Source: Flavobacteriales bacterium (GTDB lineage: Bacteria; Bacteroidota; Bacteroidia; Flavobacteriales_D; Cryomorphaceae). From it: a stretch of DNA of 64,000 bases. Under the pieces are notes generated by a model. That model searched no databases. It was not told the DNA's origin and saw only the letters and a program-made list of their open reading frames with translations. Position numbers and translations under genes: made by a program. Below, in pieces: positions 28,987 through 38,264 of this stretch (position 1 is its first letter; each line of letters opens with the position of its first letter). The stretch is from NCBI GenBank assembly GCA_007125175.1, contig SLDS01000008.1, positions 2,156 to 66,155 on the forward strand, written 5' to 3'.

Positions 28987-30723
28987 ATGAATCAAATAGC
29001 ATCATTCAAGGCAAGTGCTTTTTTGCTGGTAACAGCCATGATTGCACTCAGCTCATGCCGCTTTGAAACGTCCAATTCCACCGGTTGGAATTACAATGAC
29101 GCGCGAAATGGCGGCTTCGAGAAAATACCTTATTATGAGCAAGAGACCGGACCCGGGCTCGTGCTTATCGAAGGAGGTACCTTTACCATGGGAGCCACCG
29201 AGGAGATGGTCATGGAAGAGTGGAACAACATCCCGCGAAGGGTGACTGTATCTTCATTCTACATGGACGAGACTGAGGTGAGCAATATTTACTGGTTGGA
29301 ATACCTCTACTGGCTCAAGCGTGTATACGGGGAAGACTATCCCGAAATATACCGCAAGGCACTTCCCGATACGCTCGTATGGCGTTCAAAATTGGCTTAC
29401 AATGAGCCCTATGTAGAGTACTACCTGCGCCACCCGGCATATAGTGATTATCCCGTTGTGGGAGTAAATTGGCTCCAAGCCAATGACTTCTGTGCTTGGC
29501 GTTCAGACAGGGTGAATGAGGCCATTCTGATTCGAGAAGGTCTGTTTGAGCACTTTCCCCAGCAGTACAATGAAGATCACTTCAGCACCGATGCCTATTT
29601 GGCCGGTCAATACGAGAGCGGAAAAAGAGTAGACGGTCTGCCGGATCTCGATCCCGATAAGGAATTCCGCAATGTGCGCATGGAGGATGGTATGCTCCTG
29701 CCGCGCTACCGCCTCCCAACCGAAGCTGAATGGGAATTTGCTGCTTATGGCCTGGTGGGAAATACTTTTCAAGAACTTGTAACGCAAAGACGGGTTTATC
29801 CATGGAATGGACATTTCGTGCGCGATGGTGATAACAACAGCCGCTACTACGGAGAGTTCGTCGCCAACTTCGTGCGCGGACGCGGTGACTACATGGGTGT
29901 GGCCGGAAGCCTCAATGACAATGCCGATGTAACAGCGCCAGTATTTGCCTACCAACCCAATGACTATGGCCTCTACAATATGGCCGGAAATGTGAGCGAG
30001 TGGGTGATGGACGTATATCGTCCATTGAGCCTTGAGGATGTTGATGAGTTCCGCCCTTTCCGCGGGAATGTCTTCAAAACCAAAGTGCTCGACAGTCAAG
30101 GTAACATCGATGAGAAACTCAATATTGTTACTTACGATATCGAAGGATTGTTGGACTACCTCAGGGACTTCAATAAAATCACTGAAAACAAGCTCAATGC
30201 AGAGGAAACCCAGCTGCTGGAGGCAATGATCGGATTTGCCGAGCAGGCTGACGAACGTTACAATGATGGTAAAGCCGATGAGGCTTATACCTTGGTACGT
30301 GATGGCCTGCAGCAAATCCGAAGCAGTAACCTCCGCATAGCTCCTAAACTCCTCGCCGGCCTTGGCAATTTTGTGGAAGACACCCCCGGTGGACTCCGCA
30401 TGCGCAAGGTGCGCCCCGAAGAGAACATTGACCGCGACAATTACCGCATCGCCGACAATATCAATTACCGCGATGGTGATGACCTCTCCAGCATCAATTA
30501 TCTGAGCCCTGGCGACAATGAGAACTCCATGTACGATTACGGAAGCAGTACCCTCATCAGCAACCGCTCCAGGGTATACAAAGGCGCTTCATGGAGAGAC
30601 CGCGCTTACTACCTGAGCCCGGGTACCCGCCGCTTTATGGATGAGCGCAAGGCCACCGCAACGATCGGCTTTCGCTGTGCCATGGACCGCGTTGGAAGCC
30701 CTGTGGGTCTCAATCAGCGATAA
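28987..30723 (+). CDS. gldJ: Gliding motility / T9SS lipoprotein GldJ (formylglycine-generating-enzyme-like fold)
   Basis: Lipoprotein signal (LVTAMIALSSC). SUMF1/FGE-type motifs GGTFTMG, VGVNWLQANDFCAW, YGLYNMAGNVSEWV and RVYKGASW. About 578 aa. Lies next to porU/porV and upstream of murF, as in Flavobacterium. Confidence 0.85.
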   Translation: MNQIASFKASAFLLVTAMIALSSCRFETSNSTGWNYNDARNGGFEKIPYYEQETGPGLVLIEGGTFTMGATEEMVMEEWNNIPRRVTVSSFYMDETEVSNIYWLEYLYWLKRVYGEDYPEIYRKALPDTLVWRSKLAYNEPYVEYYLRHPAYSDYPVVGVNWLQANDFCAWRSDRVNEAILIREGLFEHFPQQYNEDHFSTDAYLAGQYESGKRVDGLPDLDPDKEFRNVRMEDGMLLPRYRLPTEAEWEFAAYGLVGNTFQELVTQRRVYPWNGHFVRDGDNNSRYYGEFVANFVRGRGDYMGVAGSLNDNADVTAPVFAYQPNDYGLYNMAGNVSEWVMDVYRPLSLEDVDEFRPFRGNVFKTKVLDSQGNIDEKLNIVTYDIEGLLDYLRDFNKITENKLNAEETQLLEAMIGFAEQADERYNDGKADEAYTLVRDGLQQIRSSNLRIAPKLLAGLGNFVEDTPGGLRMRKVRPEENIDRDNYRIADNINYRDGDDLSSINYLSPGDNENSMYDYGSSTLISNRSRVYKGASWRDRAYYLSPGTRRFMDERKATATIGFRCAMDRVGSPVGLNQR

Positions 30724-30741
30724 AATCTTTTTTTAGCTCAG

Positions 30742-30768
30742 AAAGCCCGGCCTTTGTGCCGGGTTTTT
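30742..30768 (+). terminator. Intrinsic terminator after gldJ
   Basis: CCCGGC-CTTTGT-GCCGGG hairpin (6 GC-rich bp, extendable by A-T pairs) followed by TTTTT. Confidence 0.7.
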
Positions 30769-30779
30769 AATTTTACCCC

Positions 30780-32072
30780 ATGGACATAGCCTCACTGTAC
30801 CAGGTGTACACGACATGTAGCAGTGTGAGTACCGATACGCGACAAGATCCCTCCGGTAGCCTCTTCTTTTGCCTCAAAGGACCCAATTTTGATGCGAATA
30901 CTTTTGCCCTTAAGGCACTGGAAATGGGGGCTACACATGTCGTTGCCGACGATCCGCAGCTCGTCGGCCTCGATGGAATCACTGTGGTGGATGACAGCCT
31001 GACTTGCCTGCAGGACTTGGCCCGCCACCACCGCCGCCAACTAAGCTGCCCGCTCATAGGCCTCACGGGTAGCAATGGCAAGACCACCCACAAGGAATTG
31101 ATTGCCGCCGTATTGTCGCAGCGCTACAGAACATTTTACACCAAAGGCAATCTCAATAACCACATCGGGGTGCCACTGAGCCTCCTGGCCATACCGCTCG
31201 ATGCCGAAATGGCTGTGATCGAGATGGGGGCCAATCATCAGGGCGAAATACGCGATCTGAGCGCCATCTGTGAGCCCGATGTAGGCTTGATCACCAATAT
31301 TGGCAAGGCACACCTCGAGGGCTTTGGTGGACTGGAAGGAGTGCGCAAGGGCAAAGGTGAGCTTTTTGATTTTTTGCGGAAGCGGGATAAACACCTCGTA
31401 TTCCTCAATGGAGATGATGAGCAGCTCTGCGATATGGCGAGAGGAATGAGCGCCGTGCTTTATGGAACACAGCCGGGCTTCTACATCACGGGGATGATTT
31501 CGAAATCACCAGAAGATGGCCTGGCGGTGACCTACAGGCAAGGCGATTTCATAAGCCCCCTCATCCAAACCCAACTCATCGGTGATTATAACCTCTACAA
31601 TGTACTGGCTGCCGTGTGTATTGGTCGTTATTACGATGTGCCTCATGAGGATATCCGCAGTGGCCTGCAAAATTATCGACCTAGCCTCAACCGCTCGCAA
31701 CTGCACAAAAGCGATCGCAATACCCTCATACTCGATGCATACAATGCCAATCCCAGCAGCATGCAGCTCGCGATAGAAGATTTCGCGAAAGCCGAAGCGA
31801 GCAATAAGCTTCTCATATTGGGAGAAATGCTGGAGTTGGGTACAGAGAGCAAGGAGGAGCATCGAAAAGTGGTGGAGCTCATTCTCGATAAGGGATTACA
31901 GGCTTTGCTCGTGGGTGAGGCCTTTGAAGTGCTCTCGCCATTGCCATTTCCGTGCTTCAGCGACTCAGAAGCCCTGAAGGAATACCTGGAAAAGGAGCCT
32001 GTGGAAGGTGCCACCATCCTGCTCAAAGGCAGCCGGCGCGTAGCCCTCGAAAAGGTCGTTCCCGTTTTGTGA
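30780..32072 (+). CDS. murF: UDP-N-acetylmuramoyl-tripeptide--D-alanyl-D-alanine ligase
   Basis: Mur ligase P-loop GLTGSNGKTTHKE. Central and C-terminal Mur ligase domains (DAYNANPSSM). 430 aa. Confidence 0.92.
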   Translation: MDIASLYQVYTTCSSVSTDTRQDPSGSLFFCLKGPNFDANTFALKALEMGATHVVADDPQLVGLDGITVVDDSLTCLQDLARHHRRQLSCPLIGLTGSNGKTTHKELIAAVLSQRYRTFYTKGNLNNHIGVPLSLLAIPLDAEMAVIEMGANHQGEIRDLSAICEPDVGLITNIGKAHLEGFGGLEGVRKGKGELFDFLRKRDKHLVFLNGDDEQLCDMARGMSAVLYGTQPGFYITGMISKSPEDGLAVTYRQGDFISPLIQTQLIGDYNLYNVLAAVCIGRYYDVPHEDIRSGLQNYRPSLNRSQLHKSDRNTLILDAYNANPSSMQLAIEDFAKAEASNKLLILGEMLELGTESKEEHRKVVELILDKGLQALLVGEAFEVLSPLPFPCFSDSEALKEYLEKEPVEGATILLKGSRRVALEKVVPVL

Positions 32073-32122
32073 GATATCTTTCTGAGTCTCGTAGATACCG
32101 CTCAGCCCTTTGCAGCCACAAC

Positions 32123-33265
32123 TCAGTCTTTAAGCAGCTCCCGGCTGATTACGATTTTTTGTACCTCGCTGGTACCTTCGTATATCTGGGTGATTTTGGC
32201 ATCGCGCATCAAACGCTCTACGTGGTACTCCTTTACATAGCCGTAGCCGCCATGCACCTGCACGGCCTCTACTGTTACATCCATGGCTACCTTGCTGGCA
32301 TAGAGCTTGGCCATGGAGGAGGCGTAGTCGTAATTTTCTCCGCGGTCTTTCAGTTGGGCTGCCTTTAAGCAGAGCAGGCGGGCGGCTTCGATTTGGGTGG
32401 CCATATCGGCGAGCTTGAAGGATATGGCCTGGTGCTGGTGAATGGGCTTGCCAAAAGCTTTGCGCTCCTTGCTGTAGGCCAGGGCGAGCTCATATGCTCC
32501 GCTGGCGATTCCAAGTGCCTGGGCGGCAATTCCAATGCGCCCGCCACTCAAGGTTTTCATTGCAAATTTGAAGCCGAATCCATCCGGCCCCAAGCGGTTG
32601 GCCTTCGGTACCTTCACGTCTTGAAACATGAGGGTATGTGTATCGCTTCCGCGAATGCCCAATTTGTCTTCCTTGGCGCCGACAATAAAGCCCTCCATGC
32701 CGCGCTCCACGATCAGGCAGTTGATTCCTTTGTGTCCGGCTTCGGCATCGGTTTGAGCCATGACCAAATAGGTGGAAGCGCTGCCGCCATTTGTAATCCA
32801 ATTTTTCGTGCCATTGAGCAGGTAGTGATCGCCCATATCGATGGCTGAAGTGCGTTGCGATGTGGCATCAGAGCCCGCTTCGGGTTCGCTCAGGCAAAAG
32901 GCACCGATCTTTTTGCCCGAAGCCAGCGGCTTCAGGTAGGTATTCTTTTGCACCTCGGTGCCATAGGCCTCAAGGCCCCAGCATACGAGACTATTGTTTA
33001 CCGACATGCATACAGAGGTGCTCGCATCGATCTTGCTAATCTCCTCCATAGCCAGTACATAGGAAACGGTGTCCATGCCCGAACCTCCATATTCCGGGTC
33101 AACCATCATTCCCATGAAGCCGAGTTCGCCGAGTTGCTCCACTTCCTCTTTTGGAAAACGCTGGTGCGTATCCCTCTCGATAACACCGGACTTGAGCACA
33201 TTATGGGCAAAATCTCTGGCCGCATCCCTCACCGCCTTCTGCTCCTCTGTAAGTTCAAAATTCAT
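32123..33265 (-). CDS. Acyl-CoA dehydrogenase (short-chain/butyryl-CoA dehydrogenase-like)
   Basis: 380 aa. ACAD motifs GAFCLSEPEAGSD, GRIGIAAQALG and a C-terminal QIYEGTSEVQ. Confidence 0.9.
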   Translation of the reverse strand: MNFELTEEQKAVRDAARDFAHNVLKSGVIERDTHQRFPKEEVEQLGELGFMGMMVDPEYGGSGMDTVSYVLAMEEISKIDASTSVCMSVNNSLVCWGLEAYGTEVQKNTYLKPLASGKKIGAFCLSEPEAGSDATSQRTSAIDMGDHYLLNGTKNWITNGGSASTYLVMAQTDAEAGHKGINCLIVERGMEGFIVGAKEDKLGIRGSDTHTLMFQDVKVPKANRLGPDGFGFKFAMKTLSGGRIGIAAQALGIASGAYELALAYSKERKAFGKPIHQHQAISFKLADMATQIEAARLLCLKAAQLKDRGENYDYASSMAKLYASKVAMDVTVEAVQVHGGYGYVKEYHVERLMRDAKITQIYEGTSEVQKIVISRELLKD

Positions 33266-33291
33266 TCGTGTGGTTTTAATTTTCAGGTGCG

Positions 33292-33299
33292 CAAATTTA
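33292..33299 (-). promoter_or_regulatory. Candidate -7 box (TAAATTTG) for the acyl-CoA dehydrogenase gene
   Basis: Exact TAnnTTTG on the minus strand, 27 nt upstream of the ATG at 33265. Confidence 0.45.
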
Positions 33300-33321
33300 G
33301 TTATTCCTTTGTGATTAGCTC

Positions 33322-34416
33322 ATGGCAAAGGACAAGGCGCAAGGCGCAGCTGAATTTGAATGCGGTATCGGCATCATGTCGGGTACGAGCTGCGATGGAT
33401 TGGACCTGGCCCTCTGTCGATTTCCGGGAGGGACGGGTACTGCCTATGAGCTGCTCCTGTTTCGAAGCAAGCCCTTTCCGGAAAATCTCCGGCAGCGACT
33501 CCTTGCAGCTGTGGATTGCACAGCCATGGGCCTGGCCGAGCTTGAGCGCGACTTTACGGACTACAGCATCGCTGAGGTGAACTCATTTTTAGCGGAAGCG
33601 AAAGCACAAGGGCACAAGGCACAGTACATCTCCAATCACGGGCACACCGTTTTTCACCGCGTGGAAGCCTCCATCACCAGGCAGATGCTGGATGGTGGCC
33701 GCATGTCGGTAATGTGTGGTCTTCCTGTGGTCTGCGATTTTCGCAGGCAGGATATTGCCCTCGGCGGTCAGGGAGCCCCTTTGGTGCCGATGGGGGATGT
33801 GCATCTCTTTTCGGAATATGGAGCCTGCATCAATTTGGGCGGCTTTGCCAATGTGAGCTTCCCCAAGAGCACGCCCCTGCTGGCTTATGATATCTGCCCG
33901 GCCAACCTTGTGCTCGACCATGTGGCTGCGGGCCTTGGCCATGCCTTCGATCCCGATGGAAGCCTCGCCCGGAGCGGTCGGCTTCTGGAGGAGCTTCTCG
34001 ATGCACTCAATGCCTTGCCCTACTACCGCCTCCCGGCCCCCAAATCTCTCGGCCGCGAGTGGCTCAGTGAATTTCTGATGCCCTTGTTGGAGGGCGGTGG
34101 CGCTGTAGCTCAGGATGTATTGCACACATTGGTGGAGCACATCGCACAGCAGGTGAGCGCAGCATTAAAGCAAGAGACTTATCAGGGTCGTGTGCTCATC
34201 ACGGGAGGGGGCGCGCGCAATGGCTATCTCATGGAGCGGATAGCGGCACATTGCCAAAGCGCCATTCACGTGCCCGAGGGCCCACTCTGTGAGGCCAAGG
34301 AGGCGCTGATTTTTGCCCTTCTCGGCAAATGGCGTCTGGAAGGCCGTCCAAATGTGAGCGCAGAGGTTACAGGTGCTCAGCGCTTTCAATGTGCTGGAGC
34401 TGTGTATTTGCCTTGA
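33322..34416 (+). CDS. anmK: Anhydro-N-acetylmuramic acid kinase
   Basis: N-terminal IGIMSGTSCDGLDLAL, matching the AnmK GxMSGTSxDG motif. ASKHA-fold C-terminal part (ITGGGARNGYL). Confidence 0.9.
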   Translation: MAKDKAQGAAEFECGIGIMSGTSCDGLDLALCRFPGGTGTAYELLLFRSKPFPENLRQRLLAAVDCTAMGLAELERDFTDYSIAEVNSFLAEAKAQGHKAQYISNHGHTVFHRVEASITRQMLDGGRMSVMCGLPVVCDFRRQDIALGGQGAPLVPMGDVHLFSEYGACINLGGFANVSFPKSTPLLAYDICPANLVLDHVAAGLGHAFDPDGSLARSGRLLEELLDALNALPYYRLPAPKSLGREWLSEFLMPLLEGGGAVAQDVLHTLVEHIAQQVSAALKQETYQGRVLITGGGARNGYLMERIAAHCQSAIHVPEGPLCEAKEALIFALLGKWRLEGRPNVSAEVTGAQRFQCAGAVYLP

Positions 34417-34484
34417 GCATATATCCCTTGGCTGTTAAAAAAGTCTATTCCCATCCTTTTCTGGTTTCCGGCATTGAACTTTTC

Positions 34485-34492
34485 TATCTTTG
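34485..34492 (+). promoter_or_regulatory. Candidate -7 box (TATCTTTG) for the amino-acid dehydrogenase/nhaD pair
   Basis: Exact TAnnTTTG 21 nt upstream of the ATG at 34513. It lies inside the track's longer ORF, which argues for the 34513 start. Confidence 0.45.
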
Positions 34493-34512
34493 CGCGCAAA
34501 AGCAAGGGCCTT

Positions 34513-35739
34513 ATGAGAGCATTGCTCCGCACATTCGAAGAAAAAAAACCTGAAATTGTATTTGAGTGGAATGATTCGGAGACCGAGGCAGAAGGATGGG
34601 TGGTGATCAATTCTCTCAGAGGTGGGGCTGCAGGCGGGGGAACCCGTATGCGAAAAGGCCTGGATAGAAATGAAGTGGAATCGCTTGCCAAAACCATGGA
34701 GGTGAAGTTTACCGTATCAGGCCCACCCATAGGCGGAGCCAAAAGCGGAATCAACTTCGACCCTCAGGATCCGCGCAAGCGAGGCGTGCTGGAGCGCTGG
34801 TACAAGGCGGTGACACCCTTGCTCAAAACTTATTACGGTACCGGCGGCGATATGAATGTGGATGAAATTCATGAAGTAATCCCCATCACCGAGCAGTACG
34901 GCCTTTGGCACCCACAGGAAGGGGTTGTCAACGGACACTTCCAGCCGCGCGACAATGAAAAGATTCAGCAAATCGGCCAATTGCGCTTTGGGGTGTCGAA
35001 GTACATCGAGGATCCGAGCTTTTCGCCCGAGCCAAGTAGAAAATATGTGATTGCCGATATGATCACCGGCTACGGTGTGGCCATGAGTATCCTGCACTAT
35101 TACGCCCAGCGGGGTATAGATCCTGCGGGCAAGCGGGCCATCGTACAGGGCTGGGGCAATGTGGGCTCAGCCGCTGCATACTACCTTGCCGAAGCCGGCC
35201 TTGTGGTAGTGGGTATCATCGATAGGGCCGGAGGGCTCATCCGCAAGGAGGGCTACAGCTTTGAAGAAGTCAGGGAGCTCTTTTTGCAAAAGCAGGGCAA
35301 CAAGCTGCATGCAGATGATATGCTGAGCTTCGAAGAGGTAAACCAGCGCATCTGGCAGCTCGAGGCTGAGGTGTTTTTGCCCTGTGCTGCATCCCGCCTC
35401 GTAGAGCGCGGACAAATCGACATGCTGATCAATGGCGGCCTGGAGGTGGTAAGTTGCGGCGCCAACGTTCCCTTTGCCGATTCTGAGATATTTTTTGGGC
35501 CTACCATGGCTTATGTGGATGAACGCGTAGCAGTGATCCCCGACTTTATAGCCAATTGCGGTATGGCGCGCGTTTTTGCCTACTGCATGGAAAAGGGCGT
35601 GGAGCTCAGTGACCAAGCCATCTTTGCCGATACTTCTACCGTGATAGAAGAGGCACTTATCGATGTTTTTCGAAAAAATGGGAGTGGAGTGAATATGGCC
35701 TCGACGGCTTTTGAAATAGCGCTCTCCCAATTGGTCTGA
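34513..35739 (+). CDS. Glu/Leu/Phe/Val-family amino-acid dehydrogenase (substrate not assignable)
   Basis: Catalytic-Lys region GPPIGGAKSGINFDP and Rossmann motif VQGWGNVGSAAAYYL. Start chosen at 34513; the alternative is 34474. Confidence 0.8.
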   Translation: MRALLRTFEEKKPEIVFEWNDSETEAEGWVVINSLRGGAAGGGTRMRKGLDRNEVESLAKTMEVKFTVSGPPIGGAKSGINFDPQDPRKRGVLERWYKAVTPLLKTYYGTGGDMNVDEIHEVIPITEQYGLWHPQEGVVNGHFQPRDNEKIQQIGQLRFGVSKYIEDPSFSPEPSRKYVIADMITGYGVAMSILHYYAQRGIDPAGKRAIVQGWGNVGSAAAYYLAEAGLVVVGIIDRAGGLIRKEGYSFEEVRELFLQKQGNKLHADDMLSFEEVNQRIWQLEAEVFLPCAASRLVERGQIDMLINGGLEVVSCGANVPFADSEIFFGPTMAYVDERVAVIPDFIANCGMARVFAYCMEKGVELSDQAIFADTSTVIEEALIDVFRKNGSGVNMASTAFEIALSQLV

Positions 35740-35743
35740 CTGG

Positions 35744-37105
35744 ATGGAGATAGCTATAATCACGGTTTTTGTTTTGGGCTACCTGGCCATCGCCCTGGAG
35801 CATCCGCTTCGTGTGGATAAGGCCGCGAGTGCCCTGCTGCTCGGCACCATCTGCTGGGCCATCTTCGTGCTGGGAGTCAGTGATGTCCCTCAGAACTTGA
35901 TGGAATATTTCCAGGGCTTTGTCAAAGACAATGAGATACTGCAAGAGCATGAATTACTGCCTACCTTCCTGGAAAGTAGGCTCTTGTATCATTTGAGTGA
36001 GATAGCGAGTATCCTCTTCTTCCTACTGGGAGCGATGACCATCGTAGAGACAGTGGATGCCCATGAGGGCTTCAGGCTTATCACCGATCGCATCAAAACC
36101 GATAATAAGGTGAAGCTCATCTGGATACTCAGTACGCTCACTTTCTTTTTCAGCGCGATACTGGACAATCTCACAGCCACCATCGTGATGATATCCTTGC
36201 TGCGAAAGCTGATCCGCGACAGGCCTACGAGGTGGTTTTTTGTGGGCTTCCTGGTCATTGCTGCAAATGCGGGTGGCGCATGGTCGCCTATTGGAGACGT
36301 TACCACCACCATGCTCTGGATCAAGAAGCAGCTGCCCGATACCATACAGATCATCACCCACCTCTTCATACCAAGCACTGCGGCTGTGATACTGCCGCTG
36401 TTGGTGCTCACCCTCACCATGCGCGGCAAGATATACCGCCCTCGTGTAGTTCCTGAGCAGGACGAGGAGATGAAGATCAGCGACCGGGAGCGCAAGATCG
36501 TTTTCACGGTGGGTGTACTTGGATTGATTTTCGTGCCTGTATTCAAGACCGTGACGCATCTGCCACCTTTCATGGGCATGATGCTCAGCTTGGGTGTGAT
36601 GTGGGCTGTTACTGAAGTGATGCACCGCAACCGCAGCTACAATGCCCGCAAGCGGCTGGCAGTGATAGGAGTGCTCAAGAAGATCGATTCGGCTTCGGTG
36701 CTCTTCTTCCTCGGCATACTGCTTGGGGTGGCCGCACTGCAGGAGGTGGGCACCTTGGGCAAGTTGGCCTCCAATCTCGACGAGAGCATCGGAGACATTT
36801 ACATCATCAACCTCTCAATAGGTTTGCTCTCGGCACTGGTAGACAATGTGCCTCTTGTGGCTGCGGCCCAGGGTATGTACCCCATCGAGACGAGTGGGGT
36901 ATTTGCAGCCAATGGCACCTTCTGGCTCTTTCTGGCCTATTGTGCAGGTACCGGAGGCAGTGCCCTTATCATCGGTTCGGCAGCCGGAGTGGCTGCGATG
37001 GGTATCGAGCGCATCGATTTCATCTGGTACATGAAGCACCTCTCCTGGCTGGCATTGCTGGGCTACGTGGCCGGTGCAGTGGTATTCATACTGCAAGGTT
37101 CATAA
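35744..37105 (+). CDS. nhaD: NhaD/ArsB-superfamily ion transporter, probable Na+/H+ antiporter NhaD
   Basis: 453 aa with about 11-12 predicted TM helices. Internal duplication with ILDNLTATIVM and LVDNVPLVAAA motifs, typical of this permease superfamily. Substrate call rests on family resemblance only. Confidence 0.65.
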   Translation: MEIAIITVFVLGYLAIALEHPLRVDKAASALLLGTICWAIFVLGVSDVPQNLMEYFQGFVKDNEILQEHELLPTFLESRLLYHLSEIASILFFLLGAMTIVETVDAHEGFRLITDRIKTDNKVKLIWILSTLTFFFSAILDNLTATIVMISLLRKLIRDRPTRWFFVGFLVIAANAGGAWSPIGDVTTTMLWIKKQLPDTIQIITHLFIPSTAAVILPLLVLTLTMRGKIYRPRVVPEQDEEMKISDRERKIVFTVGVLGLIFVPVFKTVTHLPPFMGMMLSLGVMWAVTEVMHRNRSYNARKRLAVIGVLKKIDSASVLFFLGILLGVAALQEVGTLGKLASNLDESIGDIYIINLSIGLLSALVDNVPLVAAAQGMYPIETSGVFAANGTFWLFLAYCAGTGGSALIIGSAAGVAAMGIERIDFIWYMKHLSWLALLGYVAGAVVFILQGS

Positions 37106-37157
37106 TTTCTAGCCGCTTCGCGCGTTTCTTTCACGTTCATACCTTATCCTTGTCTGC

Positions 37158-37862
37158 ATGAATACACTACCCATCTTGCAAATTAGCACTGCTGCTCAAG
37201 ACACCCTGGCCGGGGCTACAGAAGCCATCACCGAAGAGACCATCTCCGTATGGGATCTCATAGCAGGTGGAGGTTGGTATATCATGGTTCCTCTGGCCAT
37301 ATTATCCGTTCTCGCAATCTACATATTTGCCGAAAGGTGGATGGCCATCAACAAAGCCTCCAAACAAGATAAAGACTTTATGAACCGCATAAAGGACTAT
37401 GTAAGCGAGGGAAAGCTCGATGCGGCCCGCAGTCTTTGCCTTTCGGAAAATACGCCCATCGCGCGCATGATCGACAAGGGGGTCGCACGCATCGGGAAGC
37501 CCATGGACGATGTGAGTGCCTCGATAGAAAATGTGGGTAAACTGGAAATATACAAGCTTGAAAAAGGCCTGCCTGTGCTGGCCACAGTGGCCGGAGCTGC
37601 GCCGATGATAGGATTCTTGGGAACGGTGATCGGTATGATTGTCACCTTTCACGCCATGAAGATTTCGGGCAGCGGTGTGGAAATCGAGAATCTCAGCGGC
37701 GGTATCATGCAGGCGATGGTTACCACAGTGGCCGGATTGATCATCGGTATTGTGGCCTACATCTGCTACAATACCCTTGTGGTGAAGGTGGATAAAGTGG
37801 TACACGGAATGGAGCGTCAATCCATTGAATTCATCGACCTGCTCGAGCAACCCGGAAAATAA
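37158..37862 (+). CDS. exbB: MotA/TolQ/ExbB proton-channel family protein
   Basis: Three TM helices. Conserved C-terminal block APMIGFLGTVIGMI...GGIMQAMVTTVAGL. Followed by exbD and tonB. Confidence 0.9.
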   Translation: MNTLPILQISTAAQDTLAGATEAITEETISVWDLIAGGGWYIMVPLAILSVLAIYIFAERWMAINKASKQDKDFMNRIKDYVSEGKLDAARSLCLSENTPIARMIDKGVARIGKPMDDVSASIENVGKLEIYKLEKGLPVLATVAGAAPMIGFLGTVIGMIVTFHAMKISGSGVEIENLSGGIMQAMVTTVAGLIIGIVAYICYNTLVVKVDKVVHGMERQSIEFIDLLEQPGK

Positions 37863-37868
37863 GCTCCC

Positions 37869-38261
37869 ATGAACCTGAGATCACGCAATAAGGTAAATGC
37901 CAGCTTCAGCATGTCGTCCATGACGGATTTGGTATTTCTCTTGCTCATATTTTTCATCATCCTCTCCACCCTCGTGACGCCCTACTCACTGCCCGTTGAC
38001 CTGCCGGTAAGCAAAAACAGGGCCGACAGCAAGCAAAATGTAGCCTTGCGCATCGATGCCGACCTCAACTATTCGGTAAACAATGCGATCGTGAATCCCC
38101 TCGATTTGGAGACCGAACTGGCATCAAAATTGCAAAGTGCGGACAGGCCCAGCATCATCATGCACGTAGACCAGCGCGTACCAACGGGCGAAACGGTAAA
38201 GGTGCTCGACATGGCCAAGCGCAATGAATGGCGAATCGTATTGGCCACCAAACCCAAGTAA
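37869..38261 (+). CDS. exbD: Biopolymer transport protein ExbD/TolR
   Basis: 130 aa. N-terminal MTDLVFLLLIFFII TM helix and a periplasmic ExbD domain. Confidence 0.9.
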   Translation: MNLRSRNKVNASFSMSSMTDLVFLLLIFFIILSTLVTPYSLPVDLPVSKNRADSKQNVALRIDADLNYSVNNAIVNPLDLETELASKLQSADRPSIIMHVDQRVPTGETVKVLDMAKRNEWRIVLATKPK

Positions 38262-38264
38262 GCA

